Of a DNA stretch of 64,000 bases, positions 11,546 through 24,275 are shown piece after piece; the first letter of the stretch is position 1; each line of letters starts with the position of its first letter. The notes under the pieces are model-generated. The model did not search any database. It was not told the origin of the DNA and worked only from the letters and a program-made list of their open reading frames with translations. The stretch lies in NCBI RefSeq assembly GCF_002105155.1, contig NW_019028982.1, positions 310,001-374,000 on the forward strand, given 5' to 3'. A program made the position numbers and the translations under genes. The stretch is from Lobosporangium transversale. Its lineage: Eukaryota.

Positions 11546-12882
11546 TTACAGATAGCCCAACACATTGCGGTAGACTGATCGAAAGAAAAACTTCTTTTTT
11601 TTTTTCTATAATAACAATAGGTTTCCCGTTCCCGAGAAAGACTTGTCCGTCTACTTAATAAAATGGGCTATGTTTTTCGAGAATGTCTTTTAGCACCTTA
11701 CAATTTCGGAGTCCCTAACGATCGGCTTCGCTACTTTTTGATGGCCAGGCTACGTTCGAGCTTCAAACAAGACACAACAATAGTTCCCACAGGCTCTATC
11801 GCTATTACTACTACCACTATTACTACTACCACTACTGCTACTACTACTACTGCTGCTGCTGCTGCTACTTCTTCGTCTACCGCGCCCGAATCTTTGGTAG
11901 GAGATGTATTTGATCCAGAAAAGGAGTTAATTTATACAACGTGGCCATTCCCAGCATTTGTTGAGGATCCGAAGACACCAGTACAGCAACACTCATTCAA
12001 ATTGCCAGAGTTACGACATTTCCTGGATAAGGATGAAACCCACGTGAAGGACTATCTACTCTCTAAACAATTGATTCTTGAACGCCCAAACTTTCGTTTC
12101 GGTGAGTAAGGGGACTCTACAATCCTAAGTTGTATCTTGTGTACAATCTAGACAAAGCAGGGACTAATATCTTTATTATTATTATTTGTGTTACAGATAT
12201 CCTTCGACCATCGTCAAATAGATCGTCTTGCTTCACAAAGGCTTATGGAGGCCATCATGTGGCTAGCGGTGGTGGTCTTTTGCAAACACTTAAAATGGAA
12301 CAGGAGGATTATGACTTTGGCAATTCCGAATCGATTGCGGAACTCGGTCTCCGGTTCTTTTCTCCAACAGAGGTAGCACGACTACACGTCTTTCCTTTAA
12401 AAGAAGAGCATGAGTACGGGCTAGATGGCGATAGCAACAGCAACAGTAACAACCATAACAAAACCAACGGCAGCAGCACTTCTGAAAATGATAAAGATGC
12501 AGATTCTATACAAACAACACAAGTACACCCAAACTCACAGCAAACTGTGACGACCGTCCGACCATTCGATCCTCAACTGGCACGTAAACCCGAGGGACCA
12601 TTTTTACAGTTTCCACACAAGTTGAAAGCGTTACAACGGTATAAACTGCTCGGGAATAGCCTGAATGTCTGGGTGGTGGCCGAGTTACTTCGAGGCATCC
12701 TTTTCGCAGACCATCCAGGGACTCCTCTGCCAGTATATCGTACTAGTGATGAAAGCAGTAAACCACTTGAAAGTACTTCCAAGCACAGCATCGATAAGCA
12801 TTCAGAGTCAATAGAGTCCGAGCAAAACACTGTCGAGGACGAAGCCAGAAATCCCAAACGACTTAAAACTCAAACAGCCTGA
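10609..12882 (+). CDS. DNMT2: tRNA (cytosine-38 C5) methyltransferase, DNMT2/TRDMT1
   Basis: Seven exons rebuilt. Motif I ALEFFSGIGG, catalytic MSPPCQPY, LENVKNF, PNDRLRYF, the DNMT2-diagnostic CFTKAY, LRFFSPTEVA and motif X YKLLGNSLNV. Confidence 0.92.
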
Positions 12883-12995
12883 AGACCAACAAAAATTCAC
12901 GTAGAAAGTCAAGACAACATTCATAATTCTTTTTTAACTTTTAATGGTAAAATTACAAGTGGTAGTTTATTAATAAAGATGGAGGGGGGGGGGTT

Positions 12996-13026
<31 letters not shown>

Positions 13027-13052
13027 CCTTTTTTTTCCTTCCTTGTTATTGT

Positions 13053-14537
13053 TTACTCGTCGGTAACACATCCTTCGCTAGCATTCTTGACATTCTTGAT
13101 ATACTTGTAAAGAGTTCCGCGAGTGGCCTTGAAAGGAGGAGCCACCCAAGTGGCGTGACGGGCCTTCATTTCCTCGTCTGTGACCTTGACATCGATGGTC
13201 TTGTTCTCAGCATCGATGGCAATAATATCACCATTCTTGATCAAACCAATAGGTCCTCCCTCTTGAGCCTCGGGTGTGATGTGTCCGATGATGAATCCGT
13301 GACTTCCACCCGAGAAGCGACCATCGGTCAACAAGGCAACGTCGTTTCCAAGACCAGCTCCCATGATGGCAGAAGTGGGTGTCAACATCTCGGGCATACC
13401 CGGACCACCCTTTGGTCCAGAGTAGCGAATAATAATAACCTGACCCTTCTTGATCTCACCGTTCTCCAAACCACGCAACATGTCGGTCTCGTGGTCGTAC
13501 ACATTGGCTGGACCCTCGAAGAAAAGACCCTCCTTACCAGTGATCTTGGCCACAGAGCCGAGAGGGGCAAGGTTACCCTTGAGGATGCAGAGATGTCCAG
13601 TTGGCTTGATAGGCTTCTCCAAGGGGAGGATGACATCCTGACCTTCCTTGAGGCCAGGAACGTCCCTCAAGTTCTCTGCAATGGTCTTTCCAGTGACTGT
13701 CAAACATTCTCCGTGGATCAGATTATTCTCCAAAAGGTACTTGAGGACAGCGGGAGTACCTCCGATTTTATGAACATCCTCCATGACATACTTGCCGGAA
13801 GGCTTGAGATCAGCCAAAAGAGGGATGCGAGAGCTGACCTCTTGGAAATCATCGATGGTCAAATTTACATTGACAGCTCGTGCAATTGCGATCAAGTGGA
13901 GAACAGCATTTGTGGAACCGCCCAAAATCATGGTAAGGACCATTGCATTCTCGAAAGCCTTGCGAGTCATGATATCACGGGGCTTGATGTCAAGTTCAAG
14001 CAAGTTGCGGATGGCCTTTCCGGCATCCAAGCATTCCTGGAGCTTCTCGGGGTACTCTGCAGGAGTGGATGAGCTGTAGGGAAGGGTCATTCCCATGGCT
14101 TCAATCGCCGATGCCACTATGATCATAAAGTATAATAAAAAAGAGTTTGTTAGTATTTTTTATGAAATCGCCCTGATCAAGACGTGCATCTGCAAAATGT
14201 GCATAAGATGGTATAATATAATACATACTGGTGTTGGCGGTGTACATGCCACCGCAGGCGCCTGCTCCGGGACAGGAGTTGCGGACAATGTCCTGACGTT
14301 GAGTCTCATTGATGGTTCCGGCAAGATAAGAGCCATAAGACTGGAAGGCCGAGACGATGTCAAGAGTGCCCTGGCTGCAAGAGGATTTACCGGGTTTGAT
14401 CGTACCTCCATAGACCATGATCGAAGGGCGGTTGATACGTCCCATGGCAATCAAACAGCCAGGCATATTCTTGTCGCATCCAGGCAGGGAGATATTGGCA
14501 TCGTACCATTGCCCGCTCATAACCTGAAACAAAACGG

Positions 14538-14570
<33 letters not shown>

Positions 14571-15514
14571 AGAAAAATCGAGATCAGACTTTTTGATGCA
14601 GTAGTCACATTGGAGTAGGAGAAAGAAAAAAAAAAGTTCCTATTGGTCTCCATGGCAAGATAAACCATATGATTACCGTCTCAATAGAGTCCGCAATGAT
14701 ATCTCTGCTTTGAAGTGAGTAGCTCATACCGGCGGTACCCATTGAGATACCATCACTGACACCGATCGTGTTGAAGCGATAGCCGACCAGGCCTGCTTTC
14801 TGAACACCTTCCTTGACTTTTGCTGCAAGATCATTCAAATGCATGTTGCATGGATTACCCTCATACCAACTACACACAAAAGAAAAAAGGAAAAGAAAAT
14901 AAAGAAAATAATAAAAACGGTCAGTTTTGAGTCATGTTGGTCACATCTTGCTTTTTTGATTTGGTTTAGGGCTCAGATCACTTACACGCTAGAGATTCCA
15001 ACTTGAGGTTTACTCATATCATCTTCCTTCAATCCCGTGGCGTACACTAAAAAAAATAAAAATAAAATAAAATAAAAAAAAAAGTCAATTACAACCTTGT
15101 CCTTCACGTCCATATCATTCCTTTGATCTGAAAAAAAAAAAAAAAAAAAATAGCAGAAGGATCAATTACACATGGCTTGCGAGGCACCCTGAGACTTTGG
15201 CTGTGTGATCTTGGAACTGTATTTGTTAAGATTCTGGTTTGAGGAGCTGCCGGATCCTGTGGAGTAGCGATGGCATTGTACAGCGATGGATCTAGCAGAT
15301 GTTTTGCCATGACTGGAAGTAGGGATCAAGATGGTAAAAAAATATATATATAGGTATATTTTACGCGTCTTGATAATGTTAGTGGACATTAAACAAAAAA
15401 AAAAAAAATAACCCAATTGATGTTACGACAAACAACGTGTGGGAATCAGACAGATACTTGCATTTTTACTTGGCCTGCAACCTGCGAGGCAGCTGCTGAA
15501 AGGAAGGAAGACAT
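13053..15514 (-). CDS. ILV3: Mitochondrial dihydroxy-acid dehydratase
   Basis: Multi-exon. [75 protein letters not shown] and [11 protein letters not shown]. The N-terminus is a basic presequence with no acidic residues. Confidence 0.96.
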
Positions 15515-15587
15515 GATAAAAATGTGGTTTGAGGGGTGGGCAAGTGAGAAGGATGGAATGGAGAAATGAGTAAAAAGATGAATGAGA

Positions 15588-15623
<36 letters not shown>

Positions 15624-17701
15624 TCGGAAGAACAAGAAGAAAAGAAAAAAGAGTGGAGTGTTGTTTGCCTCGGAGTTTGCTGACCCTTTTTTATCACAAA
15701 ACACGATGACTTTTGTGTGTGTGCTCGGAGAGTGCGCGATGACCCATATGATGTGTTCCACAATGCCCGATAACAAAAACTTGCTCGTCACGGAAATGGA
15801 AAACCTTGATCTCGGACAAAACAGATTCTTTGTATTTGACAAGTATACATACACATTTTATGTGTGTGTATATCCATGTATATTTAAAATCCAAATACAG
15901 ACATGTAAATATGCATGAGAACACTCCACAGATCTTCCTTCTACGCCTCTGGAGATCTCTTTAACTTTGCACGCGTGTATCTCAAAATGAGTTTAATCTT
16001 TTTTTCCTTCTTTTGTCAAAGATAAAGTCTCACAAGAGGAAAAGTCCGAGGTGGTAGTAGAGAGCTCTAATAAGGCACCAGTAAAGGAGAGCTCCCGTAG
16101 TGGCTACAGAAAGAAACAAGATTCTTAGTCGGGTAGTTCCTTTTTTTTTTTTTTTTTTTTTTTTTTTTCCTGTATACTTTTCCAAATGATCAACTTCTCA
16201 TTAGAGCATTAGCTCAGTGTGTAGCTTTAATGTAGGAGCTAAAGACGAGCAGGAAGCCTACCCCGGCCAAGGTTCACAAGACTTCACCGTTAGTATGACG
16301 AAGCTTTGTGAGTGTCCGTCTTGAATCTGGATTCAAGCAGCAACTGTAAGTACACGTTTAGCTTTGGATGGTGAAAGGCTTACGCGAGATCTCCACAACC
16401 CATAGGTTGCATATCCCCAACGGTCAAGACTACTACTCTTGGAGCTACTTTAAGGAGTTTAGTGTATATGTGTATTTCTGTACCTTTTTTATGCGCCGTG
16501 AGAATGGAATGGCCTTACATTGGTGTCGTACTTCGGATTGATCAGAGTGTAAATTTGGGCTTGGGTGGGTACATTCGGCACTTTGATTCAACGTGATTTA
16601 AGGACGGTAAAATGGTGTTGTCAGGGTCCGGTGCATTATATATTTTATCCTTCACCATGGTCGATAAATGAGTTCTGTAGCCGTTCGTTCGTGGTCCATG
16701 TATCATGTATGGTATCTACATAATATATAGATGATCCCTATTTCGAGTTTATATGTGTTCAAGGGTCTTCGGCCAAATGTTGAGGATGCGGAGAAGAAAA
16801 GGTCCCGTAAAGTTTTTTTTGGTTATGGTTTGAAAAAAGACTATTTAAACCCAGATGAGTTGATCCCTGTGCTTGTCAGCGGGCAAGAAAGATGAAGAAG
16901 ATCCCCTCATTGTCCTCGCCTGTAATGTGCAACGTTATAGACGAAACCCAGATGCTACATCTTCTTGATTAGACAGATTTGATGTGGCATACCTTTAAAG
17001 TTGTCAAGGTACCCCAGCTGAAGGCCTGTTTAGCGCATATTAACGTACCTATTAGATTCTTTTGCTTTTGCTATTGGTACATTGGTTTTGCATGGAGAGA
17101 GGAAAAAGGGAAAAGAAGAAAATGATGAAGCCTTTCGGGGTTTTGTCACAGCTTGGACCTTGATTCTGTCAAATCCAAAGAATTGGATCCAAGAAAAGTC
17201 CCATTGGGCATGCATAAAAAGGACAATGTCAACAATCCACTTGTTGACTTTTCAATATCTTGTAGGAAAATGTATATACTGATAATATATATTTGTATAT
17301 ATAATATATTAAGGCTTGAATGAGCAACCTTTTTTTTTTTTTTGTCTCGACGCGTTTATTATTATGGGTAACAGACAGAATATGTATAAACATCTGGCTT
17401 TGGTTAGCTCTACACGTGTTGGAGATGACATGGTTAAATTAGGGAGTATCAGGTTTTTTTTGAATTGAGAGTGGTTTAATAAAACCCAGTATGGATGGTA
17501 CTTTGCACAAGAGTGATCATGATCAGTAGAGATAGGGTCATGTTGGGGCATTTGAACAGATCATGTATAAGAAAGAATGGGAGAATAGTCCTTTGGATGA
17601 CTTAAGAGCTTTTGATGATGTATCCATTACAGAGCTTTTAGATGCATTTGCATTACATTACTTCCTAGGCTACAAGGCACCACTACCCTCTTTTTTTTTT
17701 C

Positions 17702-17734
<33 letters not shown>

Positions 17735-19002
17735 CTATCTAGGAACAAGGTCGGTCTGCTTTCCTTTTCATTTGCAAACGAAGCATGTCCCAAATGAGCC
17801 AATCCACCAGTTTGCGCCACGTCCATTGGAGGTACAGCTGCATTTAATTTATTTTCGATGGACAAATGAAGATGACAGGAAACGACTACAGGCGTTACTA
17901 ATTTATATACAATATTATATTGTATTACATGGATGTTGCTATACATGTACATGTACACGGAGAAAAGTATTTCGATCATGATTCAAGATGCTCCTGAGCC
18001 ATGTGGCAAGCTCATCGTCATTTATTCTGTCTCTTGTTTGTTTGTTTTAAAATACCTGTTAATGTTGCTCATTCCCGCTTGCGCACTGGAAAGAATTCTT
18101 TAGTCAATTGTTTCTACCAGAGGCCTTTACACCCAATACACCCAAGGCTTCACCCTTTTTTTTTTATTTTTTTTTTATTTTTTATTTTTTTATTTATTTT
18201 CTATTGTGCAATAGGATGAGCAGGTCTAGGGGGATGGGCATATGGATAGGAGAAGAATCAAGCACATGAATGAATAAGGTCATGAGGATGGGAATCATTC
18301 AGCAAGCATACAAAAAGAGCAATCAAAAGACGTTGTTAATCGCTCATAGGGAGGCTGACAACAAATATTTTTTATTTTCTTTTATATTGTTCCGTTTGAC
18401 TCCTGGCTTGACATTCAAAAAGACTAGTTCGTGACAAGGGACAAGATGAACAAAGGAAAGGAGAGAGATTAAACAAATGTGGCGAAGATTGGCGTGGGGG
18501 TTGGGTGGAAAGGTGAAAGAGATCTTGGCCCGTGCTTGAAGGACAGGGCAGGGCAGGGCAAGGGCAGGAAAGCAGGCACAAAAAATGTAATTGAATAAAG
18601 AAAAAAAAAAAAAAATTTAGAGTGATTGAGTAGGCTGAATGATTGACTCAACCTGAATGGTCCAAAAATAACCCAAACATTCAGAAAAACCCTTTTTTTT
18701 CTTTACGATCATTGAAAGAGTTCCTTTCTTTGTTAATCATTCATTCATTTCGTTTCAATTCATTCATTCATTTCCCCATTCATAAAAAAAAAAAGTAAAA
18801 AAGAAATAAAAGAAGCGAAAAACAAATCCTTTTCTTTCCTTTCCTTTCCTTTCTCTTCTCTTTCTTTAATTTTCCTTTTCCTTTTCCTTTTCCTTTTCTT
18901 CACACCTACTTCTCACACTCCATCAACTTAAGACTTTTGTTCTCAAGAAAAACATTGCTCATCCCCATCACTCCATAATATTCATATTTCCATCTATCCA
19001 TA

Positions 19003-19725
19003 ATGTCCTTCCTCTTAGACGTCGCTGACCCCTCCATACATTTCCACGCTCGTCAATACCACAATTCCAGTTCAAAACCCCTTTCTGCCATAGATTCCTC
19101 CTCAAAGATTCTTTCCGGCGCTGGCGCTGGCGCTACTGGTGCTGCTGGTGCTAAAAATGCTGTTACCTCTGTCTCTGTCTCTGCATCCTCAATATCCGAA
19201 GCAAAGGATGTAAGCAGCAGCAGTAATAATAACAACAATAGCAATAGCAATAGCAATAGCAATAGCAATAATATGAGCAATTTCAACAAGCAAAACAAGC
19301 TGTTTCCCTCATTACCGGGTAACAATCCTTCAAGTGGATCTATACCGGCCAACAACATGTTCTCTGCCATGTCGCGCTTGATCCGAACGTCCTCGTCCTC
19401 TCCATCGTCTGTGGCATCATCACCGATGCTCTTGCCAACAATGTCTTCGTCGACTTTGGTCACACCGTCGTCCTCTATCCCCAATACACCGGATGCTGTT
19501 CATGTCTCAGATCCATTTTTGACTGTTACTTCTTCTTCTTCTTCTTCTTCTTCGACTTGCTTTACTACCAAAGCCAACAACGTCAACACAGGTTCGACTC
19601 TCTCTCCTAGTCTATCCTCGTCTCCTAACCTGACTACAACCCTTCGACGACCTCTGTCCCCCTGGATGATGCCTTCAGTGTGCGATGATGATCAGATGAA
19701 CAAGCTTGTCTCCTTCCAGCTTTAA
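19003..19725 (+). CDS. Hypothetical Ser/Asn-rich protein, 240 aa, single exon
   Basis: Uninterrupted 723-nt ORF with a pyrimidine-rich leader like those of neighbouring genes. Low complexity; no domain recognised. Confidence 0.55.
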   Translation: MSFLLDVADPSIHFHARQYHNSSSKPLSAIDSSSKILSGAGAGATGAAGAKNAVTSVSVSASSISEAKDVSSSSNNNNNSNSNSNSNSNNMSNFNKQNKLFPSLPGNNPSSGSIPANNMFSAMSRLIRTSSSSPSSVASSPMLLPTMSSSTLVTPSSSIPNTPDAVHVSDPFLTVTSSSSSSSSTCFTTKANNVNTGSTLSPSLSSSPNLTTTLRRPLSPWMMPSVCDDDQMNKLVSFQL

Positions 19726-20858
19726 TAATATTGTTAAAAAAAAAAAAAAAAAAAAAAATGCAGTCCGGTTCATAGCTCATACAAAAAGAGCATTTCCAGC
19801 TCAATGCTCTTTTGTATATATCATGTATACATAGTTGGGCGAAGGGAGAAGAAGAAGTCTTTCTCCATTTTAACAGCTCTAAATTCGGTTAGCATTTTTT
19901 TTTTTTTTCGACTTACCCCATATTTATACTACCTGTTTAATGCATTCACACACACTCTCTCTCTTTTCAAACCAAGTCTTTTTTTTTTTAATAATAGAAT
20001 AAAAAATAAAAAAGGCGTTTTTATGAAAAAAAAAAAAAAAAAAAAAAAAAAGTATTGTTCGCAAGTCAATAGGTCAATAGGGCTTATATCGTTATGGTCA
20101 AGCGATGAGATTATTATACTGCATTTATTCCAAATAGTCCCGCATTTCCGCGGAACATAGCATGAACAATAAAGGCAAAAACGCAAAAAAAAAACAAAAC
20201 AAAAACAAAATTGACAAAGCATCTCCAACATCATGTACATGTACATCTCTCTTCCTGGGAAGGACATTTTCTTTCCACATATTTGTTACATTGACAAAAC
20301 TCACTATTCCGAGGCTTGGTTTCCCCTTTCTCTCTCCTTTTTTTGTTTGTTTTTTTTTTTTTTTTTTTTTAGGGGGATGGGGATGGGGATGGGGATGGGG
20401 TGGTTTGGAAAAACAACAGATTATTGGGCATGGGAGTTTTTTTTTAATTGGCACAGACATCTTAATCATAATTACACTGACATTCAAAAAATCTTTTTGC
20501 GGAGTACAACACTTGGATCATTCCAGATTCTCCCATCCATTTGGAAAGGGAATCAAGAAAAGACTAAACATTTATCCACTATACTATAACTATACCATAC
20601 TATACCATACTATACTCTTTCTAGGAATCTATTTTATTTGTTCTTTTTTGTTCTTGGACAACGAAAAACGCGTTCTACAACTCAAAGAGCATAGTGTGTG
20701 ATTTGAGATTGACATAACTCGACCAAATTACTATTATTGCTATTATGTATTATATATATTGTCACTCATATGTATAATAGTAATGTTAACTATTGCTTTA
20801 TTTTTTTATTATTATTATTATTATCTTTATTATTATTATTACTACAAGAAAGGAGGCT

Positions 20859-21484
20859 TCATGGATGCTGAGCAACATCAAAGACTCGATAATCATCATA
20901 CAAGATGTTGCCGTCCGCATCATAATGGAATGCAATATAGCAATGCTTGCAAAAGAAACAAGGACTCTCGCCCGCGAGTCGGTCATCAATCGTCACATAG
21001 TGTGCCTTGTTGGCATTACACATCCTGCATTTATGATACGTGGTCCTTGCCTTGAAGATTCGCTTCGGATACATGTTTCTGTTAAGATCATCATGCTGTT
21101 GACTAAATAACCTATCGTCGCAATCAATAACAATGGCAAAAAGCACAGGAAACAAGAAAGAAAAAAGGATAAAAAAAAAAAAAAAAAAAAAAAAAAGAAA
21201 AGAAAATTGGCCATGAATATTTTGACAGGAAATGGGAAATCTCTCTTTAACATAGTCTCCTCTAACATATTAATAGATTAATATATTATATTACCTTAGA
21301 TCCCGAAACATGATGATATGTTCGCAATTACCCTGATGAACGAATAGATACGGGTGATTGAGTCGAATCGACAGATCTTGGATCAACGTGTCGTGCATGT
21401 ACTTCTTTTGCAGGTTTTTAAACCCAGGCGTCAGTTTCCTCTGTGGATTACTCTCTATCCAGTCCAATATCACTCTTTTGATAT

Positions 21485-21521
<37 letters not shown>

Positions 21522-21590
21522 AAGTTAAATTAAATTAAAACGAGGTTTACTCCCATTTGATACAAGTTGAACGATTCAGGATAAATTTGA

Positions 21591-21628
<38 letters not shown>

Positions 21629-24038
21629 CCTTTTTTGGTTCTTCTTCCACTTACTGGCTGTAATCACTCGATACTTTCCGATACTCTTCCTCGTTCTCCA
21701 ATTCAATCTCTTCAATGGGTCGTTCTCGGTAGTTTGTATTCCTCATTTGCTCCCTCAGATCAGAGTCATCAAATTCAACTTGCACATCTTCTGGTTCTAG
21801 CGCCAGCTCCGGTTCTAGCACCGGTCCTGGTCCTGACTCTTCTTCTTCTCCCGCTGTTGCTGTCGTTGCTACTTCTGCAGGCGATGTTCCATCCATACTA
21901 TAATCTCCATCGACTTCTGATCGTCTCCGCAACTCCTCATCCCTTTCCGTTGATAATGATCGAGACTTGTCCTTCCCTTTCGACTGACCCCCTCTAGTCG
22001 AACTTGGGCTTGCAACAGCGGTAATAGCGCCAGTCCCAGCCACAGTCCCAGCTGTAGTAGTAGCGACAGTAGCGGTAGCATCGGCACCAACGGTAGCAGC
22101 AATAGCAATTTTCCTCTTCTTCCCACGTCGAATCTCTCTCCTCTTCCTCAACACAGCCAATTTCCGTTGACGACATTGCTTCGCCAAATCCTCTAATCTT
22201 TTCCTCTCCTGTTCCCGCAACCCATCCCGTTTATCGATTTTGGCTCGAAGTAATGGAGAATCATTATAAAAGACTCCCTCAATAAAAAAAAATGAATTAC
22301 TAGTCTTTCGATCCAACCTATTCTTGGCCAAAGGCACCGACGGCGTCGACGATGTTGACGCTGATGCTGATGCTGATGCTGATGCTGATGCCGATACCGA
22401 TGCTGATGATGACGATGACGATGGCGATGGTGGTGGGGACGATGTTGACGACGTCCCATTTGAAACAACTGGTTGGTCTCCAGGATGCGTAAAAAAATCA
22501 GAAAGACAGTAGAATGCATCCCGTAGTGCAGATAGACGTTGACTTCCAAGGAATAAAATCTCTTCTGCTCTTTGAGACGGTCGAACTGCACTAAAGATCG
22601 CCACAGACACAACCGTCTCTGTGTCCATAATTGGTTTATAAGGTCGACTGTAATGCCCTGGCGGTGGACCCACGCAGTTCAGAGGAGGACGCAGTGGGAT
22701 GGGTACCTGAAACCGATACTCATCCGCCAGAGTCTTCAGCTCAGAGTCATCCAACAACATGGAGATGCTTTGGAACATATCCTCAAAGCTTGTCCTCTTA
22801 ATCCTGTCCTCCTCCGCAATCCGTTCCTGATCCATTCTCCGTAAAAGTTCCTTGTCCTCTTTGTCATGTCGTTTCCTTATTGCCATCTCCATCTCCTTGA
22901 TTGATATGATTCGCCTCTTGAGCCCAGGACCGTTGGAGTCGCTACGTTGCTGGCAATCAGAGTTCTGTACATCATTGGGTGTGCTTGATGATGAGGGCCT
23001 TGCGTCCTGTGGAGTCATGGAGGAGGAACGGCTGTAACTACCGTCCTGTTGAGGATCACCTCCAATTGTTACAGCCCGTGTGTGGTCTCTGCTTTGTGCG
23101 GGATAAGATGGCGACATAGGTGTTGGAGTTGAAGTTGAAGTTGAAGTCGCGAGATGGTTAGAAGGCCTAGGTGATACGGATGTCGAAGCAGAGACAGAAG
23201 CAGGCGTCATTGAAATGTCCTCTCCATTATCATCATAGTCGTCATCCCCATCCTCATCATCGTCGTCATCCTCATCATCCTCATTATCATCGCCATTATT
23301 AATTTGGTTATTTGCATTTCTATCGTTCGCTTCATCAAGCCTCCTTGATTTCCGGCTTCGCCTCTGTCGCCGGCTTTCTATTCTCGGTCTCTTTTGTGCC
23401 ACTGTTGCTCTATGGGCCTCGAAGGGTATCCTTTTACGTCCCCTGACTGAGGAACTCAACATTCTCCGAAGTTTGTCATCCGTAGTATTCAACGGTCGTG
23501 TCAATCGAGGAGGCCTGAGTTGTAAGCTTGATGGATCTCCATATTCAGAGACTTCATCCACGATTCCATATTCTGAAGACCATGTGGGGCGGAGTTGAGT
23601 GTCCTCTTGATCTTGGTGTTCTCTCTCTGTCTTCTCAACCGAGTTTGCAAGCCTTTGCTCCTGCCATTCCTTCAACAGACCCAGGACGGTTGGATCCTCG
23701 AATATTTTATTGGTTTCTTCATAATCTTCCCAAACATCACATCGTTTCGCGACCTCCTGCTCTTGATCATAATCTGAAAAGTATTCATAATATGGATCAT
23801 GATCCTCTTGCTCTTGTATCAGTCGGTGGAAATTGACGCCAAAAGGCAAGATCGGAAACCGTGCACTCTGAGGTTCTACAGATGTAATGTTTGGATGAAT
23901 TTTTGAATTCCTGTGCTCTGTTGCTGCTGCTGTTGTTGTTGTTGATGTCCTTGTTGATGTTGGTATCCTTGTCGATGTATTTTGGTGGGAGCCATTGTCA
24001 TTTCTCAATGAAAAAGAAGAGGACGACGAGGACGACAT
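20859..24038 (-). CDS. SNAPC3: snRNA-activating protein complex subunit 3 (SNAP50)
   Basis: Exons 24038-21655, 21474-21295 and 21111-20859 splice in frame. Motifs LGSQRLSALRDAFYCLSD, SFFFIEGVFYND, PYLFVHQGNCEH and the C-terminal zinc finger CRMC...ESPCFFCKHC..FHYD. Confidence 0.9.
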
Positions 24039-24103
24039 GTTGTGAAAAGAATAATTACTGTGTGCTCGTTACCATGTTTAAAATGGTCATGTTTCCTGAT
24101 TTG

Positions 24104-24138
<35 letters not shown>

Positions 24139-24275
24139 CATTTATTTTATGCTTACAACTAAAATATAAACCATGACTATTATATTATAATAAAATAAAT
24201 AAATAAATAGCTACTCCACATCTATGATACAAATTGTTGATACATTGAGAATAAAAGGTAAGCGAGATCCATTCT

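Noticed and set aside
16036..16140. GAGGAAAAGTCCGAG resembling RNase P/MRP conserved region I, followed later by a T-run
   Set aside because: Only about 100 nt to the T-run, with no convincing CR-V or other conserved regions. It reads equally well as decayed coding sequence.
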